Shown here: piece after piece, positions 7,382 to 15,971 of the stretch | Layout: each line of letters starts with the position of its first letter | Position numbering within the stretch: the first letter of the stretch is position 1 | Assembly (NCBI GenBank): GCA_038523235.1 | Contig: JBCBJQ010000066.1 | Span: forward strand, 1-32,241 | DNA length: 32,241 nt | Direction of reading: 5' to 3' | From: Cyanobacteria bacterium J06626_4 | GTDB lineage: Bacteria; Cyanobacteriota; Cyanobacteriia; Phormidesmidales; Phormidesmidaceae | Program-made: the position numbers and the translations under genes | The notes under the pieces: generated by a model | Told to the model about the DNA's origin: nothing | Databases searched by the model: none | The model's input: the letters and a program-made list of their open reading frames with translations, nothing else

Positions 7382-9574
7382 CTACTCGACTGAAGAGGCT
7401 AATTGATACAGCGGAATCTGAATCAGAAATTCGGTGCCCTCACCACGCTTGGAATAGCACTCTAATTTGCCTCCATGCTTTTGAGTAATAATTTGGTAGC
7501 TAATCGACATGCCCATGCCATTCCCCTTACCTAAGGGTTTGGTCGTGAAAAATGGGTCGAAGATGCGTTGTTTGACCACCTCAGAAATGCCGATACCGTT
7601 ATCTGCAATCGCGATCTCGACCCACTTATTCGGCAGGATTGAGGTGCGGATAGTAATTTGCTGGGGTTCGGCCTCAAGCTCATTAGCTATCCACCCGGCA
7701 TGGTCTTCTTCGAGGGCATCAATCGCGTTGCTGAGAATGTTCATAAACACTTGATTGAGCTGTCCGGCATAGCATTCTACGGGCGGCAATTCGGTATATT
7801 GCCTGATCACTTCAATGGCGGGGCGATCGAGACAGGCTTTGAGCTTGTGCTGCAGAATCATCAAGGTGCTGTCGATGCCTTCGTGAATATCGACGGCTTT
7901 GAGTTCAGCTTCGTCCATCCGCGAAAAGTTCCGCAGTGATAAGACAATCTGGCGAATGCGATCAGTGCCTAGCTGCATGGACGCTAGTAGTTTAGGCAGA
8001 TCTTCTTGCAAAAACTCGATTTCAATCTCTTCCCCCACTTGGGAAATTTTGGCAGACGGCTGGGGATACTGCTGCTCATAGAGATGCACAAATCCCAATA
8101 AGTCTTTCGTGTACTCCTGGATATGCTGCAGGTTGCCGTGGATAAAATTCACGGGATTATTGATTTCGTGGGCAACACCGGCGACCAACTGCCCCAAGCT
8201 CGACATCTTTTCACTCTGCACCATTTGAGCCTGAGAGCGCTTCAATTCTTCTAAGGTATTTTGGAGTTCGGCGGTTCTTTCTTCTACCCGGATTTCCAAT
8301 CCCTGTTTGCTCTCTTCAAGGGCGGTAAACGAGTCGCGCAGCTGCCCAGCCATATGGTTGAAGGAACTGGACAGGGTATTCACCTCTTGAATCGGGCTGG
8401 TCTTGACGGTTTGCTCTAAATCGCCAGCGGCGATGGCTTCGCTGGCCTGATTCAAGCGTTTTAGGGAACGAGTAATCCAGCGGGCAGTGAGGAAACCGAG
8501 TCCAGAAGCCACGATCAAGGCGGCCACGCAGAGCCCAATCGTCGTGCGGGTGTTAGCGTAGATTTCAGCCATAAAGGCGGTTTTAGGCACACTCACAACC
8601 ACCAACCAGTCGAGGCCATAGTCATCCTGCCAGGGCATGACGGTGACATAGTGGAAGCCGTCCTCTAGCTCAAACTGAAAATCAGTATTTTGGCGAATTG
8701 TTTGCAGCCGGTTGGTCGCCTGCAGCTCTTGGGCCAAACTCTGAATCGTGGGATCAGGACTGGCGATCGCGGGTAAGCGCTGGAGCTCGTCATCGATGCG
8801 GCCAAAGGGTGGGGCATCGCCAGAGTTGGCAATCAGGCTACCGTCACGCTCCACAATGAAGACTGTGCCCGACTGGGTGACATCCAGACCCTGCAAAAAA
8901 CTGCTCAGCTTGAGCAAATGAATATCGGCATCAATGACCCCCAGCAGGCGATTTTGGCTGTCATACATCGGTCGCCCCGCCGACGCCGCCAGATAAGGAC
9001 CATAGGGTGAGTCCCAGATATAGATGTCAGCCCAGGTGGGTTGTAGAGCTTCCATCGGTGCCGTGTACCAGCTTTCCGAAAAGTGACTATAGTCGTAGGT
9101 ACCGATCAGCTCAGTGCGATCGCCCTCGTCATTCGTGGCAAAGGTGCGGGCACTCATGGGCTGATTCGAATCCCAATCATCAATAGTGACGGTGGCCTGA
9201 CCTTCGTAGCGAATGGCCCCGAGCCCTTCTCCGGTCACCAGTCCCATACCGACAAACGTAAGGTCGTAGGCCTGCATCTGATCCCAGAAATACTGGCCCA
9301 TCAGCTCCTGATCTTCGATATCGAGAATGCCGCGACGAATGGCATCGGCATTGATCTGGTTCAGCTGCTGCGGTACCGATAGATAGGACTGGAGGTGTTG
9401 ATCCACCACATCGCTGGTGCGATCCATCAGCTGATCGGCCAGATTATTGACGGCTCTTTGGCCGTTCCTAAAAGATAAATAACCCACTAAGCTGACTGTT
9501 CCAAAAATCTGAGCCACAAAGGGAACAACCAGTAAAGCTTGTAGGGAAAACGCTTTGGATCGTTGGGTTTTCAT
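7382..9574 (-). CDS. Sensor histidine kinase (Cache-HAMP-HisKA-HATPase)
   Basis: Two TM helices around a periplasmic Cache-like region, HAMP, H-box AGVAHEINNP, N-box NILSNAIDA, DNGIG, FDPFFTTK, GMGMSIS; start 9574 (ATG) or 9592. Confidence 0.92.
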   Translation of the reverse strand: MKTQRSKAFSLQALLVVPFVAQIFGTVSLVGYLSFRNGQRAVNNLADQLMDRTSDVVDQHLQSYLSVPQQLNQINADAIRRGILDIEDQELMGQYFWDQMQAYDLTFVGMGLVTGEGLGAIRYEGQATVTIDDWDSNQPMSARTFATNDEGDRTELIGTYDYSHFSESWYTAPMEALQPTWADIYIWDSPYGPYLAASAGRPMYDSQNRLLGVIDADIHLLKLSSFLQGLDVTQSGTVFIVERDGSLIANSGDAPPFGRIDDELQRLPAIASPDPTIQSLAQELQATNRLQTIRQNTDFQFELEDGFHYVTVMPWQDDYGLDWLVVVSVPKTAFMAEIYANTRTTIGLCVAALIVASGLGFLTARWITRSLKRLNQASEAIAAGDLEQTVKTSPIQEVNTLSSSFNHMAGQLRDSFTALEESKQGLEIRVEERTAELQNTLEELKRSQAQMVQSEKMSSLGQLVAGVAHEINNPVNFIHGNLQHIQEYTKDLLGFVHLYEQQYPQPSAKISQVGEEIEIEFLQEDLPKLLASMQLGTDRIRQIVLSLRNFSRMDEAELKAVDIHEGIDSTLMILQHKLKACLDRPAIEVIRQYTELPPVECYAGQLNQVFMNILSNAIDALEEDHAGWIANELEAEPQQITIRTSILPNKWVEIAIADNGIGISEVVKQRIFDPFFTTKPLGKGNGMGMSISYQIITQKHGGKLECYSKRGEGTEFLIQIPLYQLASSVE

Positions 9575-9864
9575 TCTAGGAGTTACGAACACTAAATAGA
9601 ATGCTGGGAACCGTGGAAATATCTGAGATGGTCAGATCTGCTGACATGACTACGGTAGCCTCAACACCCCCTTACAATACCCATCAGCCTTAAAAAAGAG
9701 CGACATCAGAGAAAAGGGGGCTCAGACGCAGCTCACATCAAGTTCTACTTCTGCTTGTGAAGCTTAAGTTCGATCAGTCGAATTGCGCAAACAACAAACT
9801 GAGACTAGGTTTCAAGAATGTTGTGCTCAGTGATACAAACACCTAGACAGGCAAAATAATGGGG

Positions 9865-10056
9865 TTAATTGTTAAGTTGGGTGTACAGCTTAAAGGCGCT
9901 ACACTCAACCCAGTTATGCACTCATCGGCCATCGGCCATCGCCCAAATAGCCATACCTGCGAGGGCAATCGGCTGGCCAGCGGCGGCAGTACCTCAAACC
10001 CCATTGTTTTTACCGGTGATGCGCCAGCGCGACGTGACTCGCGAGCCGTCAACATT
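9865..10056 (-). pseudogene. SnoaL-like/ester-cyclase (NTF2-like) gene remnant
   Basis: Manual translation NVDGSRVTSRWRITGKNNGV*GTAAAGQPIALAGMAIWAMADGR*VHNWVECSAFKLYTQLNN*; in-frame TGA at 9994-9996 and 9922-9924; 5' half missing. Confidence 0.65.
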
Positions 10057-10088
10057 GGGATAGGAGTATGCCAAAAATGAGCGTGTCC

Positions 10089-10153
10089 AAGAACCCAGTT
10101 CCCATGAAAAACTTGCCGGAGACAGTTGCTCAGTTACCAGAGACCGGGTTCTT
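10089..10153. repeat. Short inverted-repeat element
   Basis: AAGAACCCAGT (10089-10099) ... ACCGGGTTCTT (10143-10153), 10/11 complementary. Confidence 0.4.
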
Positions 10154-10235
10154 CAGGCGAAATATTTTTGATTTTGGATTACTTGGAAAGGACAAAGAAA
10201 CTCAAACGGTGCGGAAAAACAGCGAAGGGGCCTGA

Positions 10236-11561
10236 TCAAATTTCCAATACCACCTTGGCGGTGCGCGGCTGGGAGACACAGATCAGCACTTTGCCGTCGT
10301 CGGGTGTGCCCGCTGGGGGCTCCTCATAAGCAACTTCGCCCTCAGCGATCGCACACATGCAGGTGAGGCAGATACCGGCGCGGCAGCTAAAGTCGGGGCT
10401 GAGGCCCTGGTCTTCAGCAAATTCCAGCAGGGTGCCGTCGCCCGCGTTCCACGTCGCGGTTGTGCCGGATTGGGCGAAGACAACTTCGGCCGTGGCAATC
10501 GCGTCAGTCACCGTCGCTGTCGCCACAGTGGTTGAGGGAACGGGTTTGGAGAATGACTCGAAGTATACCTGGCGATCGGGAACCCCCCACTCGGCTAGGC
10601 CACTTCGCAGCGAGTCCATAAAGCTGGGAGAACCACAGAGGAAATATTCGGCATCTTGAGCGCCGAACTGGGGTGCTAAGAGCGACTTAACCAGGTCGGT
10701 ATCGACGTAACCAGTGCTCTGGTAATGGCCTTCATCTTCGAGGCGGGGGCGGCTGTAGCGATAGTGCACCGTAAATGGAGCAGTTGCAGGCGCGATGGCC
10801 GGTACTGCTGCGCGAAAGGCGTGATAGCTGCCATCGCGGGCACCATGCAAAAACCACAGGGGTCGCTGGGGATTTTGGGCGGCCACGGCTTTCGCCATGC
10901 TGATCATGGGGGTAATGCCGACGCCGTTGCTGATCAGCACGACGGGGCGATCGCGCTCAACTTCTAGCACAAACTTACCGGCAGGCGGTTTGCAGGGAAT
11001 GACGGCGCCCACATCAATCTGGTCATGCATGAAATTGGAGGCGAGACCCGGCGGCACATCTTGATCTTTGGGTGCCCCCTCTCGCTTGATCGACAGGCGA
11101 TAGGTGGCGGGCGTGGCGGCGTAGTCTGATAGCGAATAGGTGCGAATAGTGGGCCGTGATTGTCCGGGAATATCAAGTTTAAGGGTGAGAAACTGCCCCG
11201 GCTGAAAGGCGGATAGGGCTTGGCCATCCTGAGGCTGCAGGTAAAACGAGGTAATTTCCCGACTTTCGGGCTCTTTGCGCGTGACGACTAAATTACGCCA
11301 GCCCGTCCAGCCATCCTGTTTGGAGGGGGCAGTGACGGTAGGTTTACGCGGCGGCAGCGGTTTGCTCACCCCACCCCAGACGGCCGCGATCGCCGCTCCA
11401 GCGACACCGGCATAAAGGCTCAGTTGATGCACTCGCGGCGATTCGAGCTTGGAGAATCCGAGTAAGCCGCTGGTGACCATCGTGGCGGCTGACGCGCCCA
11501 TCACAGCTCCGGTCACGCTGCGCAAGAGCGGATTCTGAATGCGTTCGAGGATATCGGCCAT
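10236..11561 (-). CDS. FAD/NAD(P)-binding oxidoreductase with C-terminal 2Fe-2S ferredoxin and N-terminal hydrophobic anchor
   Basis: RTYSLS, GLASNFMH, GVGITPM, LCGS..F, FESF (FNR/flavohemoglobin-reductase-like); CRAGICLTC...C ferredoxin; two N-terminal hydrophobic stretches. Confidence 0.9.
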   Translation of the reverse strand: MADILERIQNPLLRSVTGAVMGASAATMVTSGLLGFSKLESPRVHQLSLYAGVAGAAIAAVWGGVSKPLPPRKPTVTAPSKQDGWTGWRNLVVTRKEPESREITSFYLQPQDGQALSAFQPGQFLTLKLDIPGQSRPTIRTYSLSDYAATPATYRLSIKREGAPKDQDVPPGLASNFMHDQIDVGAVIPCKPPAGKFVLEVERDRPVVLISNGVGITPMISMAKAVAAQNPQRPLWFLHGARDGSYHAFRAAVPAIAPATAPFTVHYRYSRPRLEDEGHYQSTGYVDTDLVKSLLAPQFGAQDAEYFLCGSPSFMDSLRSGLAEWGVPDRQVYFESFSKPVPSTTVATATVTDAIATAEVVFAQSGTTATWNAGDGTLLEFAEDQGLSPDFSCRAGICLTCMCAIAEGEVAYEEPPAGTPDDGKVLICVSQPRTAKVVLEI

Positions 11562-11884
11562 CGAGAAGTTCCTAGAGGCGGTGGGAAATCAGGTGCGGGT
11601 GAATAGCAGGCGGCAGCACCCTCTATAGAATAGTGGGCTGGGCACTGATGTCACGCTGAAAATAACGGAAATTGTCAATACTGCACCTTAGTCAGGGCGA
11701 TCACCGGGTGTCTGCCTGAAATAATTTGGTTTACAGTCCTGATCCGCGAGAAAAATCGGCTCTATAGTTTTAAGGTGTCAGAAAAAATCGGGGCTTCGTC
11801 GAGTTTATGAGAATCCCTGCAATACTAAAAGCCACCCAACCGTGAGCCCCTGCCGCCACCGATTAAGCGGTGCTTCAATTGATT

Positions 11885-13222
11885 ATGGATGTTGATGAAG
11901 CTCTGGCTATTGTGGATGAATTTCTGCCGCAGCAGCCGCTGACTAATTTACAAGAAACGATCTTCTGTCAGGTGTGGGAAGGTAAAACCTATGCCGAAAT
12001 TGCCGAAGCCTGCAATTACGAACACAACTATATTCGTGATGTCGGCTTTCGGCTCTGGCAAACCCTGTCAGACGCGCTGGCGCAAAAGGTGTCTAAAAGC
12101 AATATCAAAGCTGTGTTGGGACGCTATGCTCGCCATCGTCAGCAGCAGGCGCAGACGGCAGTGCCCCCCCTAGCGCCAACGTCGCTGGCGTTAGAGTTTC
12201 CGAGTGGGCCGGTACCGCTAAATTCGTCGCTGTATGTCGAGCGCCCGCCGATCGAATCCCAGGCCTTTGCCGACGTGCTGAAGCCCGGCAGCCTGATTCG
12301 CATCAAAGCTCCCCGGCAAATGGGGAAGACTTCCTTACTCAAGCGGATCGTTGCCCACGCTCAAGGGCACGAATTTCGCACTGTGACGCTGCGGTTTAAC
12401 CGGGCCGATCGCGCCATTTATCAAGATATTGAGTCATTTTTGCGCTGGTTTTGCGCCAATATTAGCCATCAATTGGGCCTGACAACGGACTTAGATGCCT
12501 TTTGGAATGCGGCGATCGGCAGTAAGGTGAGCTGCACGGCGTATCTCGAAGACTACGTACTGAGCCAAATTAAAGGCGACCTGGTGATCGCGCTGGATGA
12601 GCTGAACGACTTGTTTCAATATCCCGAGATTGCCGCTGAGTTTTTGCCGCTGCTGCGTAGCTGGTACGAAGATGCTCGCGAGCTGGCGACTTGGCAGCGG
12701 GTACGGTGGGTGCTAGCCCACGCAACAGACGTCTACGTGCCACTGCAGCTGCACCAGTCACCGTTTAATGTCGGGTTTTCGATCAAGCTGCCCTCCTTTT
12801 CGTTAAGCCAGGTGCAAGAGTTGGCCCGTCGCCATGGTCTCGACTGGGCCGCGGGTGACACGGGCTCTGAGCAGCTGTTGTCGCTGCTGCACCGGGTCAG
12901 CTGCCGTCCGGGCTTGGTGCGGCTGGCGCTATACGCCCTGGCGCGCTATCGCCTCACTTTGGAACAGCTGATTGACGAAGCCCCCACCCAATCAGGCATC
13001 TATAGCGATCATCTGCGAGAGCTGCTGGCGGCCCTCTATCCTCACCCTGACCTGCAACAGGCCTTTCGGCAGGTGATTGACACGCCTGAGCCGGTCACGT
13101 TGGAGCCGATCACGGCCTATCGGTTAGAGAGTTTGGGGCTGATCAAGCTCAACAAAAATCAGGCTGCTCCGAGTTGTGAGCTGTATCGCGAATACTTTCA
13201 TGAGTTTTTGCCGACCGAGTGA
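11885..13222 (+). CDS. AAA_35-type P-loop NTPase with N-terminal winged-HTH
   Basis: Walker A APRQMGKTS, Walker B LVIALDE, QSPFNVG; N-terminal EGKTYAEIAE...LWQTLSDAL..KVSKSN; start 11885 (ATG) or 11870. Confidence 0.85.
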   Translation: MDVDEALAIVDEFLPQQPLTNLQETIFCQVWEGKTYAEIAEACNYEHNYIRDVGFRLWQTLSDALAQKVSKSNIKAVLGRYARHRQQQAQTAVPPLAPTSLALEFPSGPVPLNSSLYVERPPIESQAFADVLKPGSLIRIKAPRQMGKTSLLKRIVAHAQGHEFRTVTLRFNRADRAIYQDIESFLRWFCANISHQLGLTTDLDAFWNAAIGSKVSCTAYLEDYVLSQIKGDLVIALDELNDLFQYPEIAAEFLPLLRSWYEDARELATWQRVRWVLAHATDVYVPLQLHQSPFNVGFSIKLPSFSLSQVQELARRHGLDWAAGDTGSEQLLSLLHRVSCRPGLVRLALYALARYRLTLEQLIDEAPTQSGIYSDHLRELLAALYPHPDLQQAFRQVIDTPEPVTLEPITAYRLESLGLIKLNKNQAAPSCELYREYFHEFLPTE

Positions 13223-13359
13223 CCACCGACCAATGGCTGAATTCAGACTGACGCTGTGGGGGCAGCAGCGTTGTCAGAGCCCTCTCGCCTTAATCTCAAT
13301 ATCCGTTTGTCCACCCTTTCAAACTGCGGTATTCCTACCCTGGGGAGCATTAGGGGCCA

Positions 13360-14799
13360 ATGGATAAATCCTATGAGTATCAGGTGGGGGGCAGCCTCTC
13401 GGCTCATGATCCGACCTATATCGATCGCGCGGCGGATACGGCACTGTATCAGGCGCTGCGCGATCGCGCGTTTTGCTATGTGCTGACCTCGCGGCAAATG
13501 GGCAAATCGAGTTTGCGACTGCGCACTCGCTATCGGCTAGAGGCGGCTAACGAGGGGCGCTGTGCCGCGATCGATCTGGCTCGCATTGGCAGTCATCAAG
13601 TCACCCCGACGCAGTGGTATCAAGGGTTAGCGTATGACCTGGTGCGCAAGTTTGGGCTGCCGCATCCCCGCGACTTGCCGCAGTGGTGGCAGCAGTTAGG
13701 CGAGCTATCGCCGGTGCAAAAGCTCAGCCAGTTTATTGAAACCATTTTGCTGCCCGCGTTTGGTGACGAACCGCTGTTCATCTTTTTGGATGAAATCGAC
13801 AGCGTTAGGGGACTCAATTTTGCGGTGGATGACTTCTTTGGCCTGGTGCGGTTTTGCTACAACGAACGGGCCGAAAACGCCGCCTATCGTCGCCTCACCT
13901 GGGCCTTGTTTGGCGTGGCGACTCCCCGTGATTTGGTAACTGATGTGGGGCAAACGCCCTTTAATGTGGGGCAGGCGATTCATCTACCGGGCTTTTCGCT
14001 GACTGAGGCCGCGCCCCTCACCGCCGGGCTGTTGGAACTGGCTGAGCAGCCCGAACAGGCGCTCGCCGAGGTGCTTAACTGGACGGGGGGACAGCCATTT
14101 CTCACCCAAAAGGTTTGCTGTCTGTTACGGAGCACCCAGCGCGATCGCCCGATCCTCTCCGGCACCGAAGCCCAAGCCGTCGGCGATTTGGTGCAGTCGC
14201 GCCTGCTGACCAATTGGGAAGCGCAGGATGAGCCCGAGCATTTACGCACGATTCGCGATCGCCTGACGATGGTGCCGCAGCGATCGGGTCGCCTGCTCAG
14301 CCTTTATCAGCGGCTGCTCAGCCAAGAGCAGCTCAAAGCCGATGGCAGCCCCGACCAGTCGGAGCTGAAGCTCTCCGGCATTGCGATCGAGCAGCAGGGC
14401 TACCTGCAGGTGACCAACCGCATTTATCCAGGGGTGTTTGATCATGATTGGATCGCTCGCTGTTTGGCCCGCCAGCGCCCCTATGCCGCGACCCTCGGTG
14501 CCTGGGTGGCCTCCAGCTACCAGGATGAATCGCGCCTGCTGATGGGGCAAGCCCTGAGCGAAGCGCTGCAGTGGGCCGGAGATAAAAGTCTCAGCGATTT
14601 GGATTATCGCTTTCTCTCGGCCAGTCAGGAATGGGACGCCAAAATGGTGCGGGTGGAACTGGAAGCCCAGGAAAAAGCCAATCAAATGCTGGCTGCAGCC
14701 CAACGTAAAGCCACGCAGATCATCTGGCTGGGCTATCTCAGCCTGGGCACCTGTCTCGTGATTTCGGTGGTGGCGCTGTTGGTGAGTTTACGGCGGTAG
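13360..14799 (+). CDS. AAA_35-type P-loop NTPase with C-terminal TM helix
   Basis: YQVGGSL, TSRQMGKSS, FIFLDEID, TPFNVG, WTGGQPFLTQK, DEPEHLRTIRDRL; C-terminal IIWLGYLSLGTCLVISVVALLV. Confidence 0.85.
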   Translation: MDKSYEYQVGGSLSAHDPTYIDRAADTALYQALRDRAFCYVLTSRQMGKSSLRLRTRYRLEAANEGRCAAIDLARIGSHQVTPTQWYQGLAYDLVRKFGLPHPRDLPQWWQQLGELSPVQKLSQFIETILLPAFGDEPLFIFLDEIDSVRGLNFAVDDFFGLVRFCYNERAENAAYRRLTWALFGVATPRDLVTDVGQTPFNVGQAIHLPGFSLTEAAPLTAGLLELAEQPEQALAEVLNWTGGQPFLTQKVCCLLRSTQRDRPILSGTEAQAVGDLVQSRLLTNWEAQDEPEHLRTIRDRLTMVPQRSGRLLSLYQRLLSQEQLKADGSPDQSELKLSGIAIEQQGYLQVTNRIYPGVFDHDWIARCLARQRPYAATLGAWVASSYQDESRLLMGQALSEALQWAGDKSLSDLDYRFLSASQEWDAKMVRVELEAQEKANQMLAAAQRKATQIIWLGYLSLGTCLVISVVALLVSLRR

Positions 14800-14900
14800 A
14801 GGTGGGTGAGTGTCTAGGGGGATAGCGAGCTAAGGAAAATGGGCGTGGGAGCTTGAGGGGCGGCGGGGCCAGGGAGCAATTTGGGGCATGGGTGATGGAG

Positions 14901-15004
14901 ATAGCAAAGGGTAGAAAGGTGCCGGGTTCAAGGTGTAGGGAAGGACTTTGCCGCCAGCGATCCGGCGATTAAAACTGTCCCAACCTGACTGCGGCTCACG
15001 ATAG
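14901..15004 (+). repeat. 104-bp dispersed repeat, copy 1
   Basis: Ungapped match to 24980-25083 with 16 mismatches by manual count. Confidence 0.9.
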
Positions 15005-15037
15005 CAGGCGGATGATTCAGGAGGATGAACTGTCCGG

Positions 15038-15820
15038 TTACTCCACACTCAGGCCATAGTGGCGGAAAATTGTTTTGACTGCTTCGATCTGTTCAGCGGT
15101 TGGGGGTTCGGTGTTCTCTAATAGGTAGGGCAAGCCCAGCTCTTTCCACTTGTATTCGCCCATTTTGTGGAAGGGCAGCACTTCAACTTTTTGTACTCCT
15201 TGCAAGGTGGCGACAAACTGCGCTAGGCCCTCGACATTGGCGCGATCGTCCGTCAAGCCAGGCACCAGCACAAACCGCAGCCACATAGGATGTTGGGTGG
15301 CACTCAGGTGGCGAGCGAAATGCAGAGTGGGAGCAATCGCCACATTAGTGACGCGGTGATAAATTTCGGGATCAAAGGATTTAATGTCGAGCAGCACCAG
15401 GTCGGCGTAGTCTAAGACGGGCTTGGAGGCTTCAAAGTCAGGGAAGCCGGACGTATCGAGCGCCGTGTGGATGTTGAGCGATCGGCAACGGCGAAAGATC
15501 TCGCGCACAAACTCAGGCTGCAGCAGGGGTTCACCACCGGTCACAGTGACGCCGCCACCAGAGTAAGTGAGGTATGACTGATAATGCTGGATATCGTCAA
15601 TCAGCTCATCTACCGTGACGACTTTGCCGCCCAGCGGGTCGCGGGTGTCAGGGTTGTGGCAATACTGACAGCGCAGCAGACAGCCCTGGGTAAAGATGAC
15701 ATAGCGCAGCCCTGGCCCATCGACAGCGCTGCTGGTTTCGACGGAATGGATGCGGCCTTGGTGGGCTGAATGCAGGTCGGGCAGCGGCGAATGATGCGGA
15801 ATCGGAGATTTGGCAGTCAT
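15038..15820 (-). CDS. pflA: Pyruvate formate-lyase activating enzyme
   Basis: VDGPGLRY, GCLLRCQYCHNPDT, GGEPLLQ, LPFHKMGEYKW; directly downstream of pflB. Confidence 0.96.
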   Translation of the reverse strand: MTAKSPIPHHSPLPDLHSAHQGRIHSVETSSAVDGPGLRYVIFTQGCLLRCQYCHNPDTRDPLGGKVVTVDELIDDIQHYQSYLTYSGGGVTVTGGEPLLQPEFVREIFRRCRSLNIHTALDTSGFPDFEASKPVLDYADLVLLDIKSFDPEIYHRVTNVAIAPTLHFARHLSATQHPMWLRFVLVPGLTDDRANVEGLAQFVATLQGVQKVEVLPFHKMGEYKWKELGLPYLLENTEPPTAEQIEAVKTIFRHYGLSVE

Positions 15821-15841
15821 AGAGACGATGGGGGATGGGGA

Positions 15842-15917
15842 CGTAGGGGCGAGGCATTGGGTGAATCAGGTTGCGACATCATCCGTTACGTGCAGGCCCC
15901 AATGCCTCGCCCCTACG
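15842..15917. repeat. GTAG-type REP-like element with perfect 20-bp inverted repeats
   Basis: CGTAGGGGCGAGGCATTGGG (15842-15861) / CCCAATGCCTCGCCCCTACG (15898-15917). Confidence 0.8.
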
Positions 15918-15939
15918 ATCGGGGATGGCATCGTGTGGA

Positions 15940-15967
15940 TGGGTGGCGGGCGATCGCCCGCCACCCA
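15940..15967. repeat. Perfect 28-bp palindrome centred on HIP1 just after the pflB stop
   Basis: TGGGTGGCGGGCGATCGCCCGCCACCCA. Confidence 0.85.
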
Positions 15968-15971
15968 ATCC

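Noticed and set aside
14830..15048. Similar short ORFs here and at 24864-25151 (..LNPAPFYPLL..)
   Set aside because: Similarity comes from the 104-bp DNA repeat, not from a protein family
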